From the NCBI GenBank assembly GCA_050178385.1, contig JBFXGD010000013.1, positions 1 to 39,648 on the forward strand: a stretch of 39,648 nucleotides of DNA, read 5' to 3'. Under the pieces are notes generated by a model that was given only the letters and a program-made list of their open reading frames with translations, ran no database searches and had not been told where the DNA came from. Below, in pieces: positions 1 to 8,477 of the stretch (its first letter is position 1; each line of letters opens with the position of its first letter). This DNA is from Calditrichaceae bacterium (GTDB taxonomy: Bacteria; Calditrichota; Calditrichia; Calditrichales; JBFXGD01). A program made the translations under genes and the position numbers.

Positions 1-894
1 TTCTAAAGATTTAAATGGTTGTTTACTTTCTTCTTCTTTTTTGGCCTTCTCTTCTTTCTTCTTAATTTTTTCCTTTTTAGGATCATACTCAGGTAGTTTT
101 TGATTCTCTAAAATTGTAAAGAATTGGGGCCCCAACCTTTCTGCATATTCATTGAGTTCGCGGATAAATTTATCCATATTTTCATCGATCGTATCCATCA
201 TTACCACGGCTTTCATCGGATCAATTTCATTTGGCAGCAATTTATCTGCTTGTGAAATTAAGCGGACTATTTCGGGGTCATATTTCTTTTTGATGTTTTT
301 TGTACTTTCGTGAGTGTTCTCCATTATTATATTAAAAAAACTAATATAGCCCATACCTTTGTCTTCATCGTACATAGTTTCAAATTTTTTCTCCAACCGG
401 CTAAAAAATTCCAAACGGTAAAAATGATCAAAAGTGAGCAGCTCTTCTTTTTGTTTTTTAGTCTTTTCTTCCGGTTCTGAAAATTCCGGAGTCGTTTTTT
501 CCAGTTCTTCCTCAGGATATTCCAACCGGAACACTTCCAACACATTATTAATGGCGGTAATACTTTCCTGATCCTCGGTCATCAAATTGTAAAGATTCAC
601 GAAATCATCAGCAAGATCAGGAAGGGTTTGATAAACCATATCCGGCTCATAATCATTTACCCGTTCGACCATATCAAAAAGGAATATTGCGATTTCATTT
701 GTCCCCTGATATTGCGCTAATTTTTCCAGTCCGTGAATCACATTTTCGTCCTGCAGCAGATATCCGCTTAATTCATCAAGCATCGCAAAATGTTTTTCCG
801 GTATAACAGATCGACCTTTCTCGAGAGCATTTTCGAAAAATTCAACCAGAAAAAATATATTAAAAGGGATATCTAAATTCTTTTGGGAAATCAT
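1..894 (-). CDS. Uncharacterised acidic/helical protein, N-terminal 298 aa (runs off the window); possibly the N-terminus of the chemosensory kinase (CheA/ChpA-like)
   Basis: Not in the ORF track. I translated it manually: ATG at 894 preceded by GGAG, open to position 1 (MISQKNLDIPFNIFFLVEFFENALEKGR...KKEESKQPFKSLE), 14 nt after the MCP stop. Product is inferred from position only; no HxxKG Hpt motif seen. Confidence 0.75.
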   Translation of the reverse strand, partial: MISQKNLDIPFNIFFLVEFFENALEKGRSVIPEKHFAMLDELSGYLLQDENVIHGLEKLAQYQGTNEIAIFLFDMVERVNDYEPDMVYQTLPDLADDFVNLYNLMTEDQESITAINNVLEVFRLEYPEEELEKTTPEFSEPEEKTKKQKEELLTFDHFYRLEFFSRLEKKFETMYDEDKGMGYISFFNIIMENTHESTKNIKKKYDPEIVRLISQADKLLPNEIDPMKAVVMMDTIDENMDKFIRELNEYAERLGPQFFTILENQKLPEYDPKKEKIKKKEEKAKKEEESKQPFKSLE

Positions 895-908
895 ATATTA
901 CTCCGGTT

Positions 909-2702
909 TCAATCAGCAAGCCTGAATTTTTCAACAGCCTGATTGAGGGTTTTTGATAAAAATTCTAATTTAGATGCTGATTCTTTTGATTGTTTAGCGC
1001 TTTCCGCTGTCTCTTTGGCAATACCCGCAACATGCACCAGGGAAGCGACAATATCCTGACTGGATTTCGTCTGATTTTGCGTGGCGGTAGAAATTTCTAC
1101 CGCGGATGTGGTCGATATTTTTACACTTCCCAGAATTTCCTTTAGCACTACACCGGCGCTATCAACAAGTTTTGTTCCTTCTGCAACCTCTTCAGTGCCG
1201 TTTTCCATTGCGCGCATCGTTTCTGAAGTACCCGTTTGAATATCATCAATTAATTTCGAAATTTCTTCCGCGGCTTTGCTGGAACGCTCGGCCAAATTGC
1301 GAATCTCATCAGCGACAACTGTAAAGCCTCTTCCGGCTTCTCCGGCGCGGGCAGCCTCGATGGAAGCATTCAGCGCCAGAAGATTGGTTCTGCTTGCTAT
1401 ATCACCAATAAAGTCAGTGATTTCACCAATTCTGGTCGAATTTTCACCCAAAAGACGAACTTTTCTTGAAGCTTCGCGAACAGATTCACGGATTCGATGC
1501 ATTCCTTCGATCGATTTTTTAACAATTTCTCCGCCGTTTTCAGCAACTTCCTTTGTATTGCGCGCTGCTTCCGCGGCTCTTTGCGCGCTCAGGTTTGTCT
1601 CGTTTACCAATGCCGCCATTTCTTTTGCCAGAAAGCTCATATTTTCTGTCTGAGAGGCCTGGTCCGCAGCGCCGTTCGCCATTATTTCCGTATTTTTAAG
1701 AATCCCCTCTGTTGAGGAAGCAACCTGATCAGAAGCCTTTTTTACATCACGAATCAGTTCGCTAAGATCACTTATCATCAGGTTAAATGAATCTGACAAT
1801 GCTCCAAGGGTGTCTGCGGTGACAGTCGCGTTGACAGTAAAATCTCCATCCGCTGCCGCGCTAACTATTTTCAATAATTCTTTTATTTGTTTTTGTACTT
1901 TATCCCGTTCATCTGCTGATTCCTTTTCCCCTTCAATTCCACTCTCAAATTTCTTCAACAGCGGTATAAATTCTGAAAGATACCCTCGGTGTTCATCGAT
2001 TTTATGAAGCGCTTTTCCGCCTTTTAATTTAACAAGCAAACTTTCGGTAAGATCAATACTGTTACTGAGCTTTTTAAGATCAAGAAGGAGAATAAGAATT
2101 GCTATAAGTAAAAAGATTCCTCCGCTGATAGCAGGCCATTTAACAGCATCTAAAAGTGAGGGCATGATGGCTGAAATATCCTTTTGAATCATTAACAGCC
2201 CGACAATATTATTATCTTTGGTTTTCACCGGCGCGAAACCAGCCACAATTAATCGTCCGTATTGATCAGTAATCGATCTTCCCGTGACCCGGTTTGAATT
2301 AATGGCTTCATTCATCTCCTGCCAAAGATCATAATTTTTGCCAATCATGTTCGACTTGCTGTCCGTTAGAACAAGCTCTGTAATATTCCCTTTTCTTCGT
2401 ATAATCCTGATTACCACACCATCTGATTCATATGAATTTCGTATGGATTCAATCTGACCATAGGCTCCTTGATAAGCATCAGAATTATAATCGCTTTCTT
2501 TTTCAATCTGATTTATCAGATCACCGGAAATAATTCCCCCACCCAGCGCAACTATTTTTTTTATTTCAACAAGTTGTGACTTCGTGAATTGGTCCGTCTT
2601 ATTTTTATGACTGATATAACCTGTAAGACCAATTATAATAATTAAAAGAGGGATCATCAGGACAATAAATTTTGTAATTATTCCAAAACTTGTTTTTCGC
2701 AT
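909..2702 (-). CDS. Methyl-accepting chemotaxis protein, PilJ-like (2 TM, Cache-like sensor, HAMP, signalling domain)
   Basis: Hairpin-tip motif [69 protein letters not shown]; two hydrophobic TM segments (about aa 8-30 and 190-208). Confidence 0.95.
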   Translation of the reverse strand: MRKTSFGIITKFIVLMIPLLIIIIGLTGYISHKNKTDQFTKSQLVEIKKIVALGGGIISGDLINQIEKESDYNSDAYQGAYGQIESIRNSYESDGVVIRIIRRKGNITELVLTDSKSNMIGKNYDLWQEMNEAINSNRVTGRSITDQYGRLIVAGFAPVKTKDNNIVGLLMIQKDISAIMPSLLDAVKWPAISGGIFLLIAILILLLDLKKLSNSIDLTESLLVKLKGGKALHKIDEHRGYLSEFIPLLKKFESGIEGEKESADERDKVQKQIKELLKIVSAAADGDFTVNATVTADTLGALSDSFNLMISDLSELIRDVKKASDQVASSTEGILKNTEIMANGAADQASQTENMSFLAKEMAALVNETNLSAQRAAEAARNTKEVAENGGEIVKKSIEGMHRIRESVREASRKVRLLGENSTRIGEITDFIGDIASRTNLLALNASIEAARAGEAGRGFTVVADEIRNLAERSSKAAEEISKLIDDIQTGTSETMRAMENGTEEVAEGTKLVDSAGVVLKEILGSVKISTTSAVEISTATQNQTKSSQDIVASLVHVAGIAKETAESAKQSKESASKLEFLSKTLNQAVEKFRLAD

Positions 2703-2714
2703 TCTTGCCTCTTT

Positions 2715-3200
2715 TCAAAATCTATAACTTTTAAGTTCTTTCGCATTCACCAATGCGGAAATATCTAGAAGATAAATCATACCGAATTTTTTATGATCGA
2801 AGCACCCGTCCAGATACTGAGCTATTTTAACAGGCATCTCGCGGGTTGGTATTTGTATTTTATTTGAATCAATGTTTGCGACATCCATAACTTTATCCAC
2901 AACAATACCAAATGCAACATCGTCTTGTTCCAGAATGACAACCAGATTTTCATCCCGGAGCGGTGTAACGGGTAGCTTGAGCATCAGCCGGATATCCATT
3001 ACAGAGAAAATCTGTCCACGAAGGTTAAAAACTCCAAGAACAGATTCATTGACATTTGGAACGATAGTAAGTTTTGGGAACGAAACAACTTCCCGGACCT
3101 TCAGAACTTCAACTCCAAAAAATTTATCTGAAATTTGTAATACCGAGTACCTGTAATCCTTCGTTCCTTTATTTTTCGAAGAACTTTCTCTTGATGCCAA
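2715..3200 (-). CDS. cheW: CheW chemosensory adaptor
   Basis: FGVEVLKVREVV...VPNVNESVLGVFNLRGQIFSVMD...FGIVVDKV; TTG start with AGGAG RBS. Confidence 0.93.
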   Translation of the reverse strand: MASRESSSKNKGTKDYRYSVLQISDKFFGVEVLKVREVVSFPKLTIVPNVNESVLGVFNLRGQIFSVMDIRLMLKLPVTPLRDENLVVILEQDDVAFGIVVDKVMDVANIDSNKIQIPTREMPVKIAQYLDGCFDHKKFGMIYLLDISALVNAKELKSYRF

Positions 3201-3279
3201 ATTGACTCCTGTTTGAATTAAGTCAGTCTATCAGTTCAATATATTTCCCGGTGAGCCATTGTTCCAATATCCGGAGTAT

Positions 3280-4185
3280 TTATTCCAGCAAATTTTTAAT
3301 TTTGCTCAACAACTCATCATCTTTAAAGGGTTTTGGCAAGAATTCATCCGCTCCTTCTGATTTTGCTTTTTCCACCATTTGCGGTGAATCTTTCCCTGAC
3401 AGCATAATTACCGGAATTCCCTTTGATGCTTTGATGGCTTTTAAAATTTCGATACCGTTAATATCAGGCAGCATCATGTCAAGTATCACCAGATCCGGAT
3501 TTATTTTATCTATTAATGCCAAACCGTCCTTTCCGCTAACAGCAGTTTCAATATGATAGTTCTCATCTTCGAGAGCTATTTCAACCATTTTGCGAATGAC
3601 AATACTGTCGTCGACAACAAGTATCTTCTTTTTACCGGAAACGCTTTCTTTATCGGCTTCAGTGTGCAATGGTTCTTCTTCAACGGGTTTTTCTTCAACT
3701 TTTATTTCCGGTTCCGGCTCATCTGCTATGCTTATTTCCAGATCTTCATGTTCCTTTTCATCTTCACTTTCGGTAAAAACTGATTCCAGGTCAAAGGCTT
3801 CTTCCTCATTCTCCAAATCACCTTTATCCGGAATTTCACCACCAGATTCCTGTTCCGATATTTGAACATCTACTTCATTTGTGTTTTCCTCGGGTTCTTC
3901 AGTTGCAAGGTCCTGCGGAAAAACCGGTTCAACAGATGTCTCCTCAGCCTCAATTTCAGGTGTCGCATCCACTGTTTTTTCTGAAATTTCTGTAACCAAT
4001 TTTTCCGAAACAAGCCTGTTCAACGCTTCCTGAACGATGGCATCTTCTTCTTCAAGAATTGCAGCAATTTCCCGGGCATCTGTTTTATCGGTAACTAAAA
4101 AAAGGACCTTCCAGGCATTGTAAGGAAGTTTAGCCGAGTGAATTTTTTCATCGATCTTATCAATGCGTTTATAAAACTTTTCCAC
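3280..4185 (-). CDS. Response regulator: N-terminal wHTH-like domain, long acidic linker, C-terminal receiver (PilG/PatA-like)
   Basis: Receiver motifs ILVVDDS, DLVILDMMLPDINGIE, PVIMLSGKD, FLPKPF; Glu/Asp/Pro-rich middle; GTG start with AAGGA RBS. Confidence 0.9.
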   Translation of the reverse strand: MEKFYKRIDKIDEKIHSAKLPYNAWKVLFLVTDKTDAREIAAILEEEDAIVQEALNRLVSEKLVTEISEKTVDATPEIEAEETSVEPVFPQDLATEEPEENTNEVDVQISEQESGGEIPDKGDLENEEEAFDLESVFTESEDEKEHEDLEISIADEPEPEIKVEEKPVEEEPLHTEADKESVSGKKKILVVDDSIVIRKMVEIALEDENYHIETAVSGKDGLALIDKINPDLVILDMMLPDINGIEILKAIKASKGIPVIMLSGKDSPQMVEKAKSEGADEFLPKPFKDDELLSKIKNLLE

Positions 4186-4206
4186 TTTTGTATCCTTTCT
4201 AAATAG

Positions 4207-4980
4207 TTAAAAGCGGTTATTCTCTTTTTCGATTATTTCTTCGGCAAGCTTTAAATAGCTGATAGCGCCCGGAGATGATATATCTACCAGTGCGACCGGT
4301 TTTCCCAATGACGGCGCTTCCGATATCCTGGAATTTCTTGGAATTTCCGTATTAAATACCAAATCTTTAAAGCTGTGTCTTAATTCGTCAACAATCTCAT
4401 TGCTTTTTTTCAGCCTTTTGTCAAGCATGGTAATCAAAAGACCGTTTAATCTTAATTCGGGATTATATTTTGTACCTATATTACGAATCGCCCTGATAAA
4501 TTTCCCCAGTGCCTTTAAAGAATAATATTCACACTGAACCGGAATAAGAAGTGAGTCCGCCGCTGTTATCGCATTCAGTGTTACCGTCCCCAGGCTGGGT
4601 GGACAATCCAACAGAATATAATCGTATTCATTTTTATATGAACTAAGAACACTTCTTAACAATTCAGTTTGCAAAGCATTGGTAAATAAATCTATCTCAT
4701 CTTCTTCGCCGCGCACGTTTGCCGGAACAATTTCTAACATATCAAGCCCGACATCGATTATCGCAAGGGATAAGGGAATTCTCTTCACAAATACATCATA
4801 TGTTCCATACGCTATGCTTAAATCATCCAGTTGAAAACTAGCGGCGATACTTCCCTGGGGATCAATATCGATTAGCAATACCCGTTTCTGGAAAATAGCA
4901 AGACTTGCACCAAGATTAATTGATGTAGTTGTTTTGCCAACACCACCTTTTTGACTCGTAATAGCGATAATTTCACCCAT
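4207..4980 (-). CDS. ParA/Soj-family ATPase (no adjacent parB)
   Basis: Deviant Walker A QKGGVGKTTT, IDIDPQG, LDCPPSLG, IPRNSRISEAPSLGKP. Confidence 0.93.
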   Translation of the reverse strand: MGEIIAITSQKGGVGKTTTSINLGASLAIFQKRVLLIDIDPQGSIAASFQLDDLSIAYGTYDVFVKRIPLSLAIIDVGLDMLEIVPANVRGEEDEIDLFTNALQTELLRSVLSSYKNEYDYILLDCPPSLGTVTLNAITAADSLLIPVQCEYYSLKALGKFIRAIRNIGTKYNPELRLNGLLITMLDKRLKKSNEIVDELRHSFKDLVFNTEIPRNSRISEAPSLGKPVALVDISSPGAISYLKLAEEIIEKENNRF

Positions 4981-5002
4981 TCTTTACCAGATTTATCCTT
5001 CA

Positions 5003-6652
5003 CTATTTTATCATTGGTATTTTTAATTTGTTTTTTTCAGCAAATGTGATGGCTTCTTCATATCCCGCGTCTGCATGCCTGAAAACACCAAGACCGGGAT
5101 CATTCGTTAAGACCCTCTGCAATCGAACATCCATTTCATCTGATCCGTCAGCCACAATTACCTGTCCTGCATGCTGGGAATATCCTATTCCCACACCACC
5201 GCCATGATGAAATGATACCCAGGACGATCCGGATGCCACATTTGACATAGCATTCAGCAAAGGCCAGTCACTGATTGCATCGCTTCCATCTTTCATAGCT
5301 TCGGTTTCCCTGTTCGGGGATGCAACAGATCCTGTATCTAAGTGATCTCGACCAATAACCACGGGAGCTTTAATTTTTCTTTCTTTAACTAACTTATTTA
5401 GCTCAAGACCAAAGAGTGCCCGTTCTCCATAACCAAGCCAGCATATCCTTGATGGTAATCCCTGAAAATGCACTTTTTCCTGTGCCAGTTTAATCCATCT
5501 TACCAGCGCTTCATTTTCCGGAAATAATTTTAAAATCAATTCATCTGTTTTGTAAATGTCCTCCGGATCACCGGACAAAGCCACCCATCTGAATGGTCCT
5601 TTACCTTCGCAAAAAAGAGGCCTTATATATGCCGGAACGAAACCCGGATAATCAAATGCATTTTCTACACCGGCCTTTTGTGCCTGTGCCCTTAAATTAT
5701 TTCCGTAATCAAACGCAATCGCGCCTGCTGACTGCATATCCAATATGGCTCTGCAGTGCGCAGCCATCGCATTATATGATTTTTCAATATATAAGGAAGA
5801 ATCCGACTCTCTTAAAGCCAGGGCTTCTTTCAGAGACAATCCATTTGGAACATACCCATTTAATTCATCATGAGATGATGTCTGGTCAGTTACAACATCC
5901 GGTATAATACCCTGTTTTACCATCTCAGGAAGAATATCCGCGGCATTTCCAAGCAATCCTACTGATAATGGTTTTTTATCCGCCATCGCTTCCCGACACA
6001 TTGCCATAGCATTGGAAAGAGATGTTGCCGATTTATCCAGATATCCAAATTCAATACGTCTCTTTATACGTACTTCATCCACATCCACACACAGCGCTAC
6101 ACCATTATTCATTGTGACTGCCAGCGGCTGAGCACCCCCCATTCCCCCTAAACCGGCTGTCACTACGAGTTTTCCTGTCAAATCCTTTGAGGGATATTGT
6201 TTTGCCAACGCGGCAAAAGTTTCATACGTACCCTGCAGAATCCCCTGTGTTCCTATATAGATCCAGCTGCCGGCTGTCATTTGGCCATACATGATCAGGC
6301 CTTTTTTTTCTAATTCTCTGAATTTTTCCCATGTTGCCCAATTTGGTACCAAATTCGAATTAGCGATTAAAACCCTCGGCGAATGCACATGGGTTTTGAT
6401 GATTCCGACCGGCTTACCTGATTGAACTAAAAGTGTTTCATCATTTTCGAGATTTTTCAATGAGGTAATGATAGCATCATACGCTTCCCAGCTTCTTGCC
6501 GCTTTACCGCTTCCTCCATAAACAACTAAATTATCGGGATCTTCAGCAACATCCGGATCCAGATTATTCATAAGCATGCGCATTGCAGCTTCCTGATGCC
6601 AGCCCTTACATGTAATTTCAGTTCCCCGCGGAGCTCGAATTATCCTTCCCAT
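5003..6652 (-). CDS. hutU: Urocanate hydratase
   Basis: [60 protein letters not shown]. Start moved to ATG 6652 (GGAGG RBS) from the ORF-track start at 6676. Confidence 0.97.
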   Translation of the reverse strand: MGRIIRAPRGTEITCKGWHQEAAMRMLMNNLDPDVAEDPDNLVVYGGSGKAARSWEAYDAIITSLKNLENDETLLVQSGKPVGIIKTHVHSPRVLIANSNLVPNWATWEKFRELEKKGLIMYGQMTAGSWIYIGTQGILQGTYETFAALAKQYPSKDLTGKLVVTAGLGGMGGAQPLAVTMNNGVALCVDVDEVRIKRRIEFGYLDKSATSLSNAMAMCREAMADKKPLSVGLLGNAADILPEMVKQGIIPDVVTDQTSSHDELNGYVPNGLSLKEALALRESDSSLYIEKSYNAMAAHCRAILDMQSAGAIAFDYGNNLRAQAQKAGVENAFDYPGFVPAYIRPLFCEGKGPFRWVALSGDPEDIYKTDELILKLFPENEALVRWIKLAQEKVHFQGLPSRICWLGYGERALFGLELNKLVKERKIKAPVVIGRDHLDTGSVASPNRETEAMKDGSDAISDWPLLNAMSNVASGSSWVSFHHGGGVGIGYSQHAGQVIVADGSDEMDVRLQRVLTNDPGLGVFRHADAGYEEAITFAEKNKLKIPMIK

Positions 6653-7775
6653 TTTTTCCTCCAGTCTTATCCGCAAATACTATTTTTTCAAGATATTTTT
6701 TGTTCTCGCTCAAATAGTTGTATGAAAACAAAGCGTATCCGGCAAAATCCATATTTGACACAAGTTTTACTCTTTGTTTTACCGCATTTTCATTCTGATT
6801 ATAAGTTGAAATACCTATTATTATTTTATCATCTGATTGAAGAGTCTGCGCAAGGCTTAAATTTTGCTTAAATGACTCATAATCCGTTTTATAATTCATT
6901 AGTATCACCTTGTCACATAAATCTTTTTTCAACCACATGCCCCAATCTTGAAAATATCGATGCCGGGCCTGAATCAAATTTGGTTTTACCGCGACACTCA
7001 GTTCGATTTTATTATTCAGGATATGTATATGATTTTTTATCCGGATCAGCATATCGCTCAAACTGTCTCTTAAAAATTCTCTGTACATTTCATCAAGATA
7101 TATAAAAGTTTTATATCCTCTTTGGTTCGTAAATTCTGTAACATCAGAATATATTTTTTCAGGATCAATAGAATTCTGCAGCATAAATTCCGTACGTGAA
7201 AGCGGTGAAACGGAATATTTAATATCCGGATACCTGAAGTAATCAAGATGAATCCCGTCGACCTGATAATTATTGATGAGATCGACGATTAGCATCTTAA
7301 CTTCATTTAGATTAATCGTGTCTGAAGGACTTATAAAATATCCCTCAATTCCCTCTTTTTTCAGAGAAGTGTATTTTGGAATTTCACTATAGTCCGCTGA
7401 TCTGAGAATTGAGCTTGATGCTTTGTAAAAAACATGATTTTTATTATCGGGTTCGTCATTTCCCGTCCAAATATACAAAATATTCAGCCATGCGTGAACC
7501 TTGATATTTTTTCTTTTTGCATCTTTGATAAGTGAGTGGAATAAAGCGGGAACATTTGTTTCCTGATGCGGTGAATAATAATTTTCACCAAGTGCCCTTA
7601 CCTGAACATATATATCTGTAATATTAAGTTTCTCTGAGACACTAATAATACTTCTGATCTCATCTGGTGAGGTCAGAGCATGCCGGACGACCCACATTGC
7701 GCGTTGATTTTCGGTTGCGTGTGTATATTGAACTGTTAAAAGCAGAATGAAAAAGAGATAAAAAAGTCGAATCAT
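6618..7775 (-). CDS. Secreted GHL10 (DUF187/YddW-DigH-like) glycoside hydrolase
   Basis: Signal peptide [20 protein letters not shown]; family motifs [38 protein letters not shown]. Confidence 0.85.
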   Translation of the reverse strand: MIRLFYLFFILLLTVQYTHATENQRAMWVVRHALTSPDEIRSIISVSEKLNITDIYVQVRALGENYYSPHQETNVPALFHSLIKDAKRKNIKVHAWLNILYIWTGNDEPDNKNHVFYKASSSILRSADYSEIPKYTSLKKEGIEGYFISPSDTINLNEVKMLIVDLINNYQVDGIHLDYFRYPDIKYSVSPLSRTEFMLQNSIDPEKIYSDVTEFTNQRGYKTFIYLDEMYREFLRDSLSDMLIRIKNHIHILNNKIELSVAVKPNLIQARHRYFQDWGMWLKKDLCDKVILMNYKTDYESFKQNLSLAQTLQSDDKIIIGISTYNQNENAVKQRVKLVSNMDFAGYALFSYNYLSENKKYLEKIVFADKTGGKNGKDNSSSAGN

Positions 7776-7808
7776 AGCAGCCTTAACTTTATATATTTTG
7801 TTAACTTA

Positions 7809-7837
7809 AATATATAACTGGTCATAAATCAATGCAA
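7809..7837 (-). promoter_or_regulatory. Putative sigma70 promoter for the GHL10-hutU-parA-chemosensory genes
   Basis: Minus strand TTGCAT (7837-7832), 17 nt spacer, TATATT (7814-7809); lies just downstream of the rplQ terminator. Confidence 0.6.
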
Positions 7838-7861
7838 GGCATTATTTATACCTTATCCTAT

Positions 7862-7898
7862 GAAAAAAAAAGCCACCCCTTTATCAAGAGATGGCTTT
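7862..7898 (-). terminator. Intrinsic terminator ending the ribosomal supercluster
   Basis: Minus strand AGCCATCTCTT-GATA-AAGGGGTGGCT hairpin followed by a T-run, about 20 nt after the rplQ stop. Confidence 0.85.
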
Positions 7899-7919
7899 AA
7901 ATTTCAAGCAAAAAGAGAG

Positions 7920-8456
7920 TTATTCTTTTTCTTCCGTCTTTTTTTCTTTTGCCGGTTTTGCTGAAGTTTCATCTTTAACCGCTTTTTTTTCGGTTTTTTT
8001 CTTTGTCGTTTTTTTTGCTGTTTCTTTTTTCGGTTCTTTTTGTTCTTCTTTTTGTTCCGCTTTCTTAGATTCTTTCTTTTTGATAGCCTCTCCGGCTTGT
8101 TCAAATCCCACTAATTGCAATAAACTAACGGAAGCGGCGTCCCCTTTTCTGTATCCCAGTTTTATGATCCTTGTATAACCGCCATTTCTATCCTGAAATA
8201 CAGGGGCGACTTCTTCAAAAAGGACTTTAACAGCTTCCTTGTTTTGCAGGAATTTAAATGCCAGACGACGATGATGAAGGGTTCCCTTCTTACCATAAGT
8301 GATAAGGCGCTCTACAAATCTTCTTACCTCTTTTGCTTTCGCATCAGTGGTTTTGATTTGCCGGTGCTTGAGTACTTGTGCAGCCATGTTACGCATGAGT
8401 GCCTTTTTATGACTAGTCGTTCTGCCTAAATGTGTACCCTTTTTCTTGTGTTGCAT
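7920..8456 (-). CDS. rplQ: 50S ribosomal protein L17 with Lys/Glu-rich C-terminal tail
   Basis: LGRTTSHKKALMRN, IKTTDAKAKE, RNGGYTRIIKLG; follows rpoA. Confidence 0.97.
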   Translation of the reverse strand: MQHKKKGTHLGRTTSHKKALMRNMAAQVLKHRQIKTTDAKAKEVRRFVERLITYGKKGTLHHRRLAFKFLQNKEAVKVLFEEVAPVFQDRNGGYTRIIKLGYRKGDAASVSLLQLVGFEQAGEAIKKKESKKAEQKEEQKEPKKETAKKTTKKKTEKKAVKDETSAKPAKEKKTEEKE

Positions 8457-8477
8457 TCTGTATGTCCTTCTTTAAGC

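Noticed and set aside
327..545. 72 aa basic ORF in the track
   Set aside because: Alternative frame inside the longer 1-894 ORF, which has an RBS and operon-like spacing.
3258..3278. ACTCCGGATATT motif shared (inverted) with 37803-37814 in another spacer
   Set aside because: Only two 12-nt copies in different contexts; cannot be distinguished from chance or supported as a REP or operator.
6653..6676. ORF-track N-terminal extensions of hutU (and likewise rplC and rpsJ)
   Set aside because: The extensions contain the SD sequence; downstream starts match family N-termini.
7904..8104. 66 aa Lys/Arg-rich protamine-like ORF
   Set aside because: Shifted frame of the A-rich L17 tail; no separate RBS evident.
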